A DNA stretch of 64,000 nucleotides. It comes from Methanocaldococcus sp. 16A. GTDB lineage: Archaea > AGJL01 > Methanococci > Methanococcales > Methanocaldococcaceae. The notes beneath the pieces are model-generated. The model had not been told where the DNA came from. It saw only the letters and a program-made list of their open reading frames with translations, and made no database searches. Below, one piece after another: positions 41,289-51,947 of the stretch (position 1 is its first letter; each line of letters starts with the position of its first letter). The stretch lies in assembly GCA_049860595.1 (NCBI GenBank), contig CP187551.1. One strand, 5' to 3'. A program made the position numbers and the translations under genes.

Positions 41289-42527
41289 ATTAAAAAGATA
41301 ATTGCCCTGTTATTGGGGGCTATTCTCATAGGAAGCGTGTTTTTAGCAGGATGTACACAAAAACAAGAAGAAGAAAACGTTATTAAAGTTGGATTGTTGG
41401 TTGATTTATCCGGAGGTTTAGCAACCTATGGAAACAATGAAAAGCATATCTGTGAAATTGCTGAAGAGAAGATAAATAAATACTTTGAAGAGAAAGGAAT
41501 ACCTTACAAAGTTAAGCTCTATGTTGAAGACACAAAGGCAGACCCAAAAGTTTGTTTAGATAAAATGCAAGCACTTCATGCTCAGGGGATAAACTTTTTC
41601 TTAGGTCCAATGGCTAGTGGAGAAGTTAAGAACGTTAAAAACTTCGTAAATTCAAACAAACTTGTAATTATATCACCATCTTCTACAGCTCCACCGGAAG
41701 CTATTGGATGTGCTAAGCCAGAAGATAAAAAGTACATCTTTAGATTTGTCCCAACAGACAACTTCCAAGGAAATGCTATAGGTGATTTAGCTAAAGAACT
41801 TGGTTTAAAGAATGTTATTGTTATTTATAGAAAAGATGCATGGGGAGATGGTTTAGAGAAAGCTACTGTTGAGAAATTAAAAGCTAATGGAATAAATGTT
41901 ATAGATGAAATACCTTATGACCCTAACATTGGAGATTGGAGTCCAATAATTCAAACAGCAACAAATGACATTAGTGGAAAAGGAAATGATACAGGAATAA
42001 TATTCATTGGTTATGAAGAAGTTGCAACACTCTTGGCTCAGATAAAAGATGACTCACCTTTATTAAACTACAAGTGGGTTGGATGTGATGGAACAGCAAA
42101 CAGTAAAAAAGTTTTAGAAGAAGTTAAGAATAAAGCTGTAAAAGTTGGTTTATATTCAACAATGTTCCAATCAGAGACTGATGAAGCTGAAAAGATAAAA
42201 GAAGAATTTAAGAAGAGGGGTTATGGAGAACCAGACCAGTATGCATTAAACGTCTATGATGCATTTTGGGTTGGAGCTATTTCATATGCTGAAATGTTAC
42301 AAGAAGCTGGAAAATATGATGCTGATTTATTAGCTAAGAAGATAAAAGATAATGCAGTTAAATATTCAGAGGGTCAGTTTGGTGTTAAGTCAGTAACCGG
42401 ATACATAAAATTAAATGAATGGAATGATAGAGCAAGTGGAAACTATGGAATCTTTGCAGTAACAGAAGATGGATGGAAGTTGGTTGGAATATGGGACTCA
42501 ACCACTGGAAAAATCAGCTGGCAATAA
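41289..42527 (+). CDS. Liv-type ABC substrate-binding lipoprotein, paralog 1 (probable ATT start)
   Basis: Lipobox LAGC, type I periplasmic binding fold motifs (ISPSSTA, FRFVPTD); signal peptide extends upstream to ATT at 41289. Confidence 0.85.
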   Translation: MKKIIALLLGAILIGSVFLAGCTQKQEEENVIKVGLLVDLSGGLATYGNNEKHICEIAEEKINKYFEEKGIPYKVKLYVEDTKADPKVCLDKMQALHAQGINFFLGPMASGEVKNVKNFVNSNKLVIISPSSTAPPEAIGCAKPEDKKYIFRFVPTDNFQGNAIGDLAKELGLKNVIVIYRKDAWGDGLEKATVEKLKANGINVIDEIPYDPNIGDWSPIIQTATNDISGKGNDTGIIFIGYEEVATLLAQIKDDSPLLNYKWVGCDGTANSKKVLEEVKNKAVKVGLYSTMFQSETDEAEKIKEEFKKRGYGEPDQYALNVYDAFWVGAISYAEMLQEAGKYDADLLAKKIKDNAVKYSEGQFGVKSVTGYIKLNEWNDRASGNYGIFAVTEDGWKLVGIWDSTTGKISWQ

Positions 42528-42653
42528 ATTTAATTCAATTTTATAATTTTTTTAATTTTTGTTTTGTTTTTATAATGTTAACGTTCAATTCATTGAAATA
42601 AATTAATGGTTAAGCGAAAACTTTTAATAACCTATTTTAAAATAAATATACTC

Positions 42654-42667
42654 GGAAAACCATTTCC
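42654..42667. promoter_or_regulatory. NrpR-type nitrogen operator GGAA-N6-TTCC
   Basis: GGAA-AACCAT-TTCC about 25 bp downstream of BRE/TATA-like CGAAAAC-TTTTAATA and just before the RBS. Confidence 0.65.
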
Positions 42668-42685
42668 TCTATATAAGGTGATATC

Positions 42686-43948
42686 ATGAGGAAAATGTTG
42701 GTAATACCAATATCCATCTTTTTAATACTTGGAGTATTTTTTGCAGGATGTACAGAGAAAACTGAAAATGTCAATGAGAATGTAATAAAGATAGGAGTTT
42801 TAACTGACTTATCAGGTTCTTTATCCACTGATGGAAATCAGATAAAAAATGCATTAGAAATTGGTAAGGATGAGGTAAATAAATACTTTAAAGAGAAGGG
42901 ATTACCTTACAAGGTAGAACTTTACTTTGAAGACACTCAAACAAACCCATCATTATGTCTCCAAAAAGTTCAGGCATTGAAGGCAAAAGGTGTTAAGTTT
43001 ATTATAGGACCTACATCAAGTAGTGAAGTTAAAAATATCAAAAACTATGTAATGTCAAACGGAATGGTTATAATCTCACCATCTTCAACAGCTATTCCTA
43101 CAATGATTGGATTTTCAAAGCCAGAGGATAAAAAATACATCTTTAGATTTGTTCCAAACGATGAATTCCAAGGAAAGGCAATTGCTGGAGAAATAAAAGA
43201 CATGGGAATTAAAGAAGTTGTTGTTATCTACAGAGAGGATGCTTGGGGTAAAGGTTTAGAAAAAGCTGCTGTTGAAAACTTGAAAAAAGAAGGAATAAAT
43301 GTTATTGATGAGATACCATATCCAAGCACTCCAGAGCCATCAGATTGGAGCCCATACATCCAAAAGTTAGAAAATGACATCAATGGAAAAGACCCAAAAA
43401 CCACAGCTATATTAGCTATTGGATTTGAGGAATTAGCAACATTATTATCACAAATAAAAGATGACTCACCATTATTAAACTACAAATGGTTTGGTTCAGA
43501 TGGAATTGTTGATAGTGAAAAAGTCATGGAAGAGGCAAAAGATAAGGCAGTAAAAGTTGGCTTGTACTCAACAATATTCCATGGAGTTAGTGATGAAGCT
43601 AAGAAGTTAGAGGAAGAATATAAGAATAGAGGTTATGGAAAAGAAGTAAAACAGTATGCTTTAGTTGCTTACGATGCCTTGTGGGTTGGAGCTATATCCT
43701 ATGCTGAAATGTTACAAGAAGCTGGAAAATATGATGCTGATTTATTAGCTAAGAAGATAAAAGATAATGTTGTTAAATATACAAACGGTGAGTTTGGAGT
43801 TAAACCAGTTACTGGAGATTTATATCTAAATGAATGGAACGATAGAGCAAGTGGAAACTATGGAATCCACGCTGTAACAGAAGATGGATGGAAGTTAGTT
43901 GGAATATGGGACTACAAAACAGGAAAAATAACTTGGTTAGAAGAGTAA
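42686..43948 (+). CDS. Liv-type ABC substrate-binding lipoprotein, paralog 2
   Basis: Lipobox FAGC; clear paralog of upstream gene. Confidence 0.9.
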   Translation: MRKMLVIPISIFLILGVFFAGCTEKTENVNENVIKIGVLTDLSGSLSTDGNQIKNALEIGKDEVNKYFKEKGLPYKVELYFEDTQTNPSLCLQKVQALKAKGVKFIIGPTSSSEVKNIKNYVMSNGMVIISPSSTAIPTMIGFSKPEDKKYIFRFVPNDEFQGKAIAGEIKDMGIKEVVVIYREDAWGKGLEKAAVENLKKEGINVIDEIPYPSTPEPSDWSPYIQKLENDINGKDPKTTAILAIGFEELATLLSQIKDDSPLLNYKWFGSDGIVDSEKVMEEAKDKAVKVGLYSTIFHGVSDEAKKLEEEYKNRGYGKEVKQYALVAYDALWVGAISYAEMLQEAGKYDADLLAKKIKDNVVKYTNGEFGVKPVTGDLYLNEWNDRASGNYGIHAVTEDGWKLVGIWDYKTGKITWLEE

Positions 43949-44047
43949 CTTAATCAACCTATTTTTTAAATTTTTTAGTTTTTATCAATAAAGTATAAAA
44001 ATTATAATTTTTTATTTTTTAAATAGTGTTTTAATGCCAATTACTTT

Positions 44048-44821
44048 TTGAGGGATAAAATGGAAATTTTGAGAACAGAAAATATTGTAAAGTGTTTTGG
44101 GGAGTTTAGAGCTTTAAATGGAGTGTCTATAAGTGTAAATAAAGGAGATGTTACTTTAATTATAGGGCCGAATGGGAGTGGAAAATCAACACTAATAAAT
44201 GTCATCACTGGGTTTTTAAAGGCAGATGATGGGAAGGTTTATTTTGAAAATAAAGATATAACAAACAAAGAGCCAGCAGAACTCTATCATCATGGAATCG
44301 TTAGAACTTTCCAAACACCACAACCTTTAAAGGAGATGACAGTTCTTGAAAATTTGTTAATAGGAGAGATTAATCCAGGAGAAAGTCCATTAAAAGCTCT
44401 GTTTTATAAAAAATGGATTCCAAAAGAGGAAGAGATGGTTGAAAAGGCATTCAAAATATTGGAATTTTTGAAATTATCTCACTTATATGATAGAAAGGCT
44501 GGAGAGTTGAGTGGAGGGCAAATGAAACTTGTTGAAATTGGAAGAGCTTTAATGACAAATCCAAAAATGATTGTTATGGATGAGCCAATAGCTGGAGTAG
44601 CTCCAGGTTTTGCTCATGATATATTTAATCATGTCCTTGAATTGAAAGAGAAGGGAATAACTTTTCTAATTATTGAACACAGGTTGGATATTGTTTTGAA
44701 CTATATAGACCATTTATATGTTATGTTCAATGGGCAGATTATTGCTGAAGGTAGAGGAGAAGAAGAGATTAAGAAGGTTTTATCAGACCCAAAAGTCGTG
44801 GAAATTTATATTGGAGAATAA
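44048..44821 (+). CDS. livG: Branched-chain amino acid ABC ATPase
   Basis: [24 protein letters not shown]. Confidence 0.92.
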   Translation: MRDKMEILRTENIVKCFGEFRALNGVSISVNKGDVTLIIGPNGSGKSTLINVITGFLKADDGKVYFENKDITNKEPAELYHHGIVRTFQTPQPLKEMTVLENLLIGEINPGESPLKALFYKKWIPKEEEMVEKAFKILEFLKLSHLYDRKAGELSGGQMKLVEIGRALMTNPKMIVMDEPIAGVAPGFAHDIFNHVLELKEKGITFLIIEHRLDIVLNYIDHLYVMFNGQIIAEGRGEEEIKKVLSDPKVVEIYIGE

Positions 44822-44824
44822 TAT

Positions 44825-45550
44825 TTGGTGATGAATATGATAAAGGTAAAAAACCTAAATGCTGGATATGGAAAATTACAGATACTATTTGATGTGAATG
44901 CAAAAATAGAAAAAGGAAAGATTACAACTGTTGTAGGCCCTAATGGAAGTGGAAAATCTACATTTTTAAAAACTTTGTTTGGTTTAACAAAGATATATTC
45001 TGGAGAGATTATATTTAAAGATAAGGATATAGCAAAAATTCCTCCTCACAAAAAAGCAAGGATGAAAATAGCTTATTTACCACAAACAAACAACGTATTT
45101 GCTAATTTAACTGTTGAAGAAAACCTAAAGATTGCTGGTTATGTGTTAGATAAAGATAAAGTTAAAGAGAGGATTGAAATTGCTTTAAATGTATTTCCAG
45201 AGCTTAAAGATATTTTAAAGAGAAAAGCAGGAACACTAAGTGGAGGACAAAGACAATTTTTAGCTATGGGAATGGCATTGGTTAGAGATGCTGAAGTTTT
45301 AATGTTAGATGAGCCAACGGCCCAACTATCACCAAAACTTGCAGAAGTGATTTTTGAAAAGATTATTGAGATGAGAGATAACTTTGGATTAACAATTTTA
45401 TTAGTTGAGCAAAATGCAAAGAGAGCTTTAGAGATTAGTGATAACGGATATATGTTTGTTAGTGGAAGAGTAGCATTTGAAGGTACTGCTGAAGAATTAT
45501 TGAATCATGAGAAGTTTAAAGAATATTCATTAGGAATAACCGCTATTTAA
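44825..45550 (+). CDS. livF: Branched-chain amino acid ABC ATPase
   Basis: [28 protein letters not shown]. Confidence 0.92.
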   Translation: MVMNMIKVKNLNAGYGKLQILFDVNAKIEKGKITTVVGPNGSGKSTFLKTLFGLTKIYSGEIIFKDKDIAKIPPHKKARMKIAYLPQTNNVFANLTVEENLKIAGYVLDKDKVKERIEIALNVFPELKDILKRKAGTLSGGQRQFLAMGMALVRDAEVLMLDEPTAQLSPKLAEVIFEKIIEMRDNFGLTILLVEQNAKRALEISDNGYMFVSGRVAFEGTAEELLNHEKFKEYSLGITAI

Positions 45551-45559
45551 GGTGAAAAC

Positions 45560-46471
45560 ATGATTTTAGAGGGAGCAATTATTTATTCCAACCTTTTAGT
45601 TTTATTGGCTTTAGGATTAACTCTAACTTATATAACAACAAACGTTCCAAACTTTGCCCAAGGAAGTTATGCAATAGTTGGGAGTTATGTTGCTTTAACC
45701 ATGTTAAAGTTGTTTGATATAAGTCCTTATCTTTCTCTGCCAGTATTATTTGTTGTTGGGGCAGTTGTTGGTTTAATAACTTACTTAGCTTTAAAGCCAT
45801 TGATAAAAAGAGGAGCTTCAGTAGAGATTTTAATGATTGCTACATTGGCAATTGATTTGATATTGTTGGGAGCTATTGGGGCTTATTCTGAAATATTAAG
45901 TGCAATTGTTGGCTCTACTCAGGCAAAATTCGTTTTTGCAAACTTAGACTTTACGGCATTTGGATTTAAAGGAATTTTGTTCGTTTCAACGTTTGTTATT
46001 ATTTTACTATTAATTGGGCTTTATCTTCTATTGTATAAAACAAAGTTTGGTATTGCTTTAAGAGCATCAATGGAAAATCCTTCCCTTGCTCAAACAATGG
46101 GGATTGATGTAGAAAAAACAAGATTATTCTCTTGGATTCTATCTGGAGCTTTAGCTGGGGTTGCTGGAGGACTTTTACCTTTCATGCAAGAAATTGTTCC
46201 AGCCACTGGAGGTTTAATAATTATTTCAATCTTTGCAGCAAGTATTGTTGGAGGATTGAGACATATAAGTGGGGCGTTAATTGGAGGTTATATAATTGGA
46301 GTATCTGAAAGTTTAATAACCTATTACTTGGCATCAGTATTTGGAACTGGATTCTTAGTTTATGGAAAGGTTATCTCTCTAATTATAATGATAATAACAT
46401 TGTTAGTAGCACCTTATGGAATTACAGGAGTTGATTGGAAGAAAGTTAAAAAAATGCTTTCCACTTCATAA
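45560..46471 (+). CDS. livH: Branched-chain amino acid ABC permease
   Basis: LALGLTL, NFAQG, TKFGIALRA..ENP. Confidence 0.9.
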   Translation: MILEGAIIYSNLLVLLALGLTLTYITTNVPNFAQGSYAIVGSYVALTMLKLFDISPYLSLPVLFVVGAVVGLITYLALKPLIKRGASVEILMIATLAIDLILLGAIGAYSEILSAIVGSTQAKFVFANLDFTAFGFKGILFVSTFVIILLLIGLYLLLYKTKFGIALRASMENPSLAQTMGIDVEKTRLFSWILSGALAGVAGGLLPFMQEIVPATGGLIIISIFAASIVGGLRHISGALIGGYIIGVSESLITYYLASVFGTGFLVYGKVISLIIMIITLLVAPYGITGVDWKKVKKMLSTS

Positions 46472-46493
46472 TTTAATTTTTTGAGGTGAAAGA

Positions 46494-47531
46494 ATGATTG
46501 TTGAGCTTATATCGTTAATCTTATTGTGGTTTGGTATCTATTATATAGTATCATTATCCTTAAATATGGAATTTGGTTACGCTGGAATCCCAAACTTTGG
46601 TAAAGCTTTATCTGTTTTAGTTGGGGCAATTGCAGTTGGAGGAATTTTAGATAGGTTGTTAATGCTTTATTTTGGTGTTGGAGGAGGGTTGATTGAGGGC
46701 TCTACTTATGCAACATCTATGATAAATGATGTAATTGCTTCAAATCCATTAGTTGGAATTGGAATTTTAATATTGGCTATAATATTAGCTTCAATTCTTG
46801 GATTTATTGTTGGAGCCATCTTTATTTTACCAAGTGCTAAGTTAAAAGAGGATTATTTGGGGGTTACATTATTAGCTATAAGTGAAGCTGTGCTTTTAGT
46901 TTGTACTTATAATCTAAATATAATTGGTGACTATTATGGAATCTCAACACCTGATATCTTAGCGTTTGTCTCTGGGGAGTACAGAGGTTGGGTATTTACA
47001 GGAATAGTGTTATTTATTGCCTTCTTAGTTTATTTATTCTTTGAAAGATTGTTAAATACTCCATTTGGTAGAGTATTAAAGGCAATGAGAGAAAATGAAG
47101 ACACTGTTAAGGCGTTTGGTAGAGACATAATGAAGTTGAGGATAAAAACAATGGCAATTGGTTCTGCAATTGGGGCAATTGCCGGGGCTTTGTATTCCTT
47201 ATATACAGTAAATATAGTTGCTAATGCATTTACAAGGGTTGAATGGACGTTTTTCCCATTCTTAATGGTTTTATTGGGAGGAAAAGGAAATAATAAAGGA
47301 GTTGCTTTAGGGGTTTTATGCTATGTTATAGTTAAAGTATTATTAGATGTTTATAAATATGATTTAAAATATACCTTAAATATTCCATTTGAGCCGGTTT
47401 GGTTATCCTATATCCTATTTGGAGTTTTAATGCTTCTCATTCTTTACTATAAGCCGTCTGGTTTAATACCTGAAAAGCCAATTATAACAGCCCCTATGAA
47501 AAAGAAAATTATGGAAATTAGTAATAAATAA
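46494..47531 (+). CDS. livM: Branched-chain amino acid ABC permease
   Basis: SLNMEFGYAG, DYLGVTLLA, PFGRVLKAMRENE. Confidence 0.9.
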   Translation: MIVELISLILLWFGIYYIVSLSLNMEFGYAGIPNFGKALSVLVGAIAVGGILDRLLMLYFGVGGGLIEGSTYATSMINDVIASNPLVGIGILILAIILASILGFIVGAIFILPSAKLKEDYLGVTLLAISEAVLLVCTYNLNIIGDYYGISTPDILAFVSGEYRGWVFTGIVLFIAFLVYLFFERLLNTPFGRVLKAMRENEDTVKAFGRDIMKLRIKTMAIGSAIGAIAGALYSLYTVNIVANAFTRVEWTFFPFLMVLLGGKGNNKGVALGVLCYVIVKVLLDVYKYDLKYTLNIPFEPVWLSYILFGVLMLLILYYKPSGLIPEKPIITAPMKKKIMEISNK

Positions 47532-47646
47532 TTAAATTAATAAAGTTTTTATAATAAATCCATCTTATTTATTTTTCCTGGAATTTTATATATTGTATCA
47601 TTAAAATTTTTATCTCTATTTTATTAAATAAAATTTAAAATTAAAT

Positions 47647-47735
47647 AGAACTTTTGCAGGTTATATATGCACTTTGAAACTTTGACACCATTAGGTGTCT
47701 ATATTTAATAAAAAATTCATTCCTGCAAAAGTCCT
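47647..47735. repeat. Family C MITE-like element (89 bp)
   Basis: AGAACTTTTGCAGG...CCTGCAAAAGTCCT; internal GACACC-ATTA-GGTGTC. Confidence 0.88.
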
Positions 47736-47804
47736 ATAATTTTTAAGCGTATAGAGATGCTATATTTTAAATCACTAAAATACAGCGTTTTTTGGTGATA
47801 GGAC

Positions 47805-48299
47805 ATGATTATTAAAGGAAGTGTTCATAAATTTGGGGACGATGTAGATACAGATGCAATAATCCCAGGACCTTATTTGAGAACTACAGACCCTTATGAA
47901 TTAGCTTCACACTGTATGGCAGGGATTGATGAAAATTTCCCAAAAAAAGTTAAAGAGGGAGATGTAATAGCTGCAGGAGAAAACTTTGGATGCGGTTCAA
48001 GTAGAGAGCAAGCAGTAATAGCAATAAAATACTGTGGAATTAAAGCAGTTATAGCTAAAAGTTTTGCAAGAATATTTTATAGAAATGCCATAAATATTGG
48101 ATTAATCCCTATTATTGCTAATACTGATGAGATTGAAGATGGTGACATAGTTGAGATTGATTTAGATAGAGAGGAAATTAAAATAATCAATAAAAACAAA
48201 ACAATAAAATGTGAAACACCAAAAGGTTTAGAAAGAGAGATTTTAAATGCAGGAGGATTAGTTAATTATTTAAAACTAAAAAAAGGTGTAAAGGTATGA
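47805..48299 (+). CDS. hacB: Methanogen homoaconitase small subunit
   Basis: [13 protein letters not shown] loop, [11 protein letters not shown]. Confidence 0.88.
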   Translation: MIIKGSVHKFGDDVDTDAIIPGPYLRTTDPYELASHCMAGIDENFPKKVKEGDVIAAGENFGCGSSREQAVIAIKYCGIKAVIAKSFARIFYRNAINIGLIPIIANTDEIEDGDIVEIDLDREEIKIINKNKTIKCETPKGLEREILNAGGLVNYLKLKKGVKV

Positions 48300-48790
48300 T
48301 GTTAGAGTTAAATGGATTGCATGCTGGTTTAAGATTTTCTTCAGCTCATATTGTATTTGGACATCCAACTTGTGGAGTAATACATGGACATTCTTATTAT
48401 GTAGATGTAAAACTCTATGGAGATAGAGCTGGAGAGTTCAGATTTGTTTGTGATTTTAAAATAATTAAAAAGATTGTAAAAGAGATTTGTAATAAATTAG
48501 ACCACAAATTAATACTTCCAAAAAATCATGAAAAGGTTTATTATGAGTTAATGGACAAAACCTTATACTTTAAATATGAGAATAAAGAATACAGTATTCC
48601 TGTTGAGGATGTTATACTTTTGCCTATTCCATCCACCACGTCTGAAGATTTGGCAGTATATTTTGCTAATGAAATAGCAGATAGATTAAAAAATCTCGGT
48701 TTTTCAAATATAACATGGATAGAGGTCTCTATCAACGAGGGAATAGGGCAGGGAGCTTGCTATAGAAAATACTTAAAAGAGGTGAAATAA
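48296..48790 (+). CDS. queD: 6-carboxytetrahydropterin synthase/PTPS family
   Basis: FSSAH, CGVIHGHSY, LDHKL. Confidence 0.8.
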   Translation: MMLELNGLHAGLRFSSAHIVFGHPTCGVIHGHSYYVDVKLYGDRAGEFRFVCDFKIIKKIVKEICNKLDHKLILPKNHEKVYYELMDKTLYFKYENKEYSIPVEDVILLPIPSTTSEDLAVYFANEIADRLKNLGFSNITWIEVSINEGIGQGACYRKYLKEVK

Positions 48791-49842
48791 TGGATAAAAT
48801 CTTAGAGAAAGTTAGAGCGAAATCAGAGATTCCAGTATACGACAAGTCAGTTGAGAGTGTTTTATCAGCTATTTTAACAACTAGCGATTTTTGGAAAATT
48901 GTTGATTTGAGTGAGGAGCCATTACCTTTAGTTGCTGATATTATAAGGGTTTTGGAGGAGGAGGGGTTAGTAAAAATAGGTAATGGAATAGAATTTACTG
49001 AGAAAGGGAATGAATTTATAAAATCCTATGGAATTGGTAAAAAAGATGATAGCGTTTGTGAATACTGTGTAGGGAGAGGTGTTTCTTTAAAGAATTATCA
49101 AGATTTATTAGAAAAATTTAAAGAGATTGTTAAAGACAGACCTATGCCAAAGCATGAATATGACCAAGGTTTCGTTACACCTGAATGCACAATATCAAGA
49201 ATTGCATTGATGAACTCAAGGGGAGATTTATTCAATAAGGATGTTTTAGTTTTAGGAGATGATGACTTAACAAGCATTGCCTTAATGCTCTCAAACTTAC
49301 CAAGAAAAATAGTTGTTGTAGATATTGACGATAGATTAATTAATTTCATAAAAGAAGTAGCTGAACAATTAAATTACAAAAATATTGAAGTTATAACCTT
49401 AGATTTAAGAAAACCACTACCAGATAAATACAGTAAAGCATTTGATACTTTTATAACTGACCCACCAGAGACGGTCTATGCAGTAAAAACATTCATTGGT
49501 AGGGGAATATCAGCATTAAAAGGAGAAAGAAGAGCTGGTTACTTTGGAATTACAAGAAGAGAAAGCTCTTTAGATAAATGGAGAGAGATTCAAAGAACAT
49601 TAATAAATGACTTCAATGTAGTTATAACTGACATAATAAGAAATTTCAACCACTATGTAAATTGGGGTTATGAAGAAGAAACAAGAGCTTGGAAATTAGC
49701 TCCAATAAAGAAAAAACCAGAAGATATTTGGTATAAATCCTATATGTTTAGAATAGAAACTTTGAAAGATAGTAAAGGGTTTGAGGAAGAAGTTGATGTT
49801 GGAGATGAATTATACAATGACGCTGAAAGTTCAACAACATAA
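48790..49842 (+). CDS. bpsA: Branched-chain polyamine synthase
   Basis: YDQGFVT, VLGDDDLTS, TDPPET, C-terminal ESSTT. Confidence 0.93.
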   Translation: MDKILEKVRAKSEIPVYDKSVESVLSAILTTSDFWKIVDLSEEPLPLVADIIRVLEEEGLVKIGNGIEFTEKGNEFIKSYGIGKKDDSVCEYCVGRGVSLKNYQDLLEKFKEIVKDRPMPKHEYDQGFVTPECTISRIALMNSRGDLFNKDVLVLGDDDLTSIALMLSNLPRKIVVVDIDDRLINFIKEVAEQLNYKNIEVITLDLRKPLPDKYSKAFDTFITDPPETVYAVKTFIGRGISALKGERRAGYFGITRRESSLDKWREIQRTLINDFNVVITDIIRNFNHYVNWGYEEETRAWKLAPIKKKPEDIWYKSYMFRIETLKDSKGFEEEVDVGDELYNDAESSTT

Positions 49843-49858
49843 AAAATTTTTAATATTT

Positions 49859-50632
49859 TTAAATATTTTCACATAGATATTTTAACGCATCTTCTTCCAT
49901 GAAATGAAGTTTTCCAGGAATTATTATACAATGCAATGGCTCACCAAAATCATAATTAATTAAATCTTTTATCTTTCCATAAACAAGTTTTGGTTTTAAA
50001 CTTCCCGCTCTTGCTACAACAACAGCTTTTGTGTCTTCAGATATAACATTTTCTTTTTTTCTATTTTCAAGCTCTAACAGTATTTTTAATCCTTCATTTG
50101 CCGTCATAAACCTCTTTTCATTTTCATCAACTCTAATATCTAATAAGCAGAGAGTATGTAATCCTCTCTCTAAATTTTCTTTTATTACATTATAAGGAGT
50201 TTCTGGGAAGTAATTTTCCTCTGGAAACACAATTGAAGCGGTTCTACCAAATTTATATAACTGTAATCCTGTAATTCCAACAGCTGAATAAATTGATGGA
50301 GCATTTATTATTAAAACTTCAATCCCTTTCTTTTTTGCCTCTATTGCTAAATCTACATGAGTAGTGGCAACCATGGGGTCGCCAGCTGTTAAGAACATTA
50401 TATCCTTATCTTTTGCCTCTTCTATCAACTTATATCCTTCATATTCAACCTCTTTCCTACTCAAAACATGTATCTTTTTACCTAAAACCTCTTCTATCTT
50501 TTCTATTGTAGTTCCAGTTAAAACTGCAGTGTAAAATTCAGCGTAAATTTTATTTACTTTCTTAGCATATTTTAATGTCTTTAATGTCATATCATTTTCA
50601 TCATAAAGTCCTAATCCAGCCAAGATTAGCAT
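49859..50632 (-). CDS. dph5: Diphthine synthase
   Basis: GLGL, EFYT, GDPMVATTH, GLQLYKFG, GLHTLCLLD. Confidence 0.95.
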   Translation of the reverse strand: MLILAGLGLYDENDMTLKTLKYAKKVNKIYAEFYTAVLTGTTIEKIEEVLGKKIHVLSRKEVEYEGYKLIEEAKDKDIMFLTAGDPMVATTHVDLAIEAKKKGIEVLIINAPSIYSAVGITGLQLYKFGRTASIVFPEENYFPETPYNVIKENLERGLHTLCLLDIRVDENEKRFMTANEGLKILLELENRKKENVISEDTKAVVVARAGSLKPKLVYGKIKDLINYDFGEPLHCIIIPGKLHFMEEDALKYLCENI

Positions 50633-50760
50633 TTATATCACCTTATTTAATTTTTACATTTAATCAAATATAAAAATATTTGCATAATATAAAATAAATT
50701 AAATATTAATATTAAAATTATTACTTTTGGTTATTATTGTTAGTGAAATAGAATGGTGGA

Positions 50761-51939
50761 ATGGTGGATACATACTTATTATTCTTTATAATCTTAGCAA
50801 TTGTATTTGTCATACCTAATTTATTGAGAAAGTTTAATGTTCCAGCTATAACTTCAGTAATATTAGCTGGAATACTAATTGGGCCACATGGATTAAATAT
50901 TCTACAATTAGATGAAACGTTAAAGATATTTGCAGATTTTGGAGCAATATTTCTAATGTTTTTAGCAGGAATGGAAATAGATAATGAAACATTGAGAGAT
51001 GAATTTAAAAATTCAATAGTTATTAGTATATTTTCATTAACAATACCTGCCATTGGAGGTTATCTAATTGGGAGATTATTTGGCCTTAATTTTATTGGAG
51101 CTTTACTCTATGCCTCAATATTTTCTTCACACTCTGTAGGTGTAGTTTACTCATTAATAAATGAGCTAAAATTAACAAAATCAAAATTTGGGACAACAGT
51201 GTTAAGTGCCACAATTATTGTAGATATAGTGAGTTTAATTATATTATCAATAATCATTAAAATGAGCACAAATTCCTATAACACTGACATTTTGTACTAT
51301 GTATTATTAGTGGTTCTTTATATTAGTGTACTTTTATTAACTATCCCTTTCATCTCAAAAATAATATTTGAAAGATACAAACACTATCATATAAGGAGAA
51401 TACACTTTGTCCTTTTTATTATACTGATATCTGTACTTGTTGGTGAGCATATTGGGCTTCATCCAATAATAGGAGCATTTATAACAGGAGTTGCAGTTTC
51501 TGAAGCATTAACAAAAGAGGAACATGATGAAATATTAAATAAAAATTTAAATGCAATAGGTTATGGATTCTTTATCCCAATATTTTTCTTAACTTTAGGG
51601 ATGAGCGTAGATATTGGAGTTTTATCAAATCCAAAAAATATAACTTTAATTCTAGCCACTGTTGTGGGATTAATTAGCTTAAAAACAATATCTGGATATA
51701 TTTCATTTAGAATTTTAGGGTATGATAAATTAAAAAGTATATGTGGGGGATTACTAACAACACCACAAGTTTCAGCTTCATTAGTTGCAGCAACTGTTGG
51801 TAGGGAGTTAGGCATCTTATCAAACGAATTTTTTGTAGCAGTTGTAGCTCTCTCTCTAATTACATCAACAATAATCCCAATAGTAGTGAAGCATATATTT
51901 GTTAAAAATTGTAGTAAATATAAAAATAAAAATAAATAA
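50761..51939 (+). CDS. CPA2-family cation/H+ antiporter
   Basis: Polytopic; LMFLAGME, SATIIVD, IGAFITG, GFFIPIFF. Confidence 0.9.
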   Translation: MVDTYLLFFIILAIVFVIPNLLRKFNVPAITSVILAGILIGPHGLNILQLDETLKIFADFGAIFLMFLAGMEIDNETLRDEFKNSIVISIFSLTIPAIGGYLIGRLFGLNFIGALLYASIFSSHSVGVVYSLINELKLTKSKFGTTVLSATIIVDIVSLIILSIIIKMSTNSYNTDILYYVLLVVLYISVLLLTIPFISKIIFERYKHYHIRRIHFVLFIILISVLVGEHIGLHPIIGAFITGVAVSEALTKEEHDEILNKNLNAIGYGFFIPIFFLTLGMSVDIGVLSNPKNITLILATVVGLISLKTISGYISFRILGYDKLKSICGGLLTTPQVSASLVAATVGRELGILSNEFFVAVVALSLITSTIIPIVVKHIFVKNCSKYKNKNK

Positions 51940-51947
51940 AATAAAAT

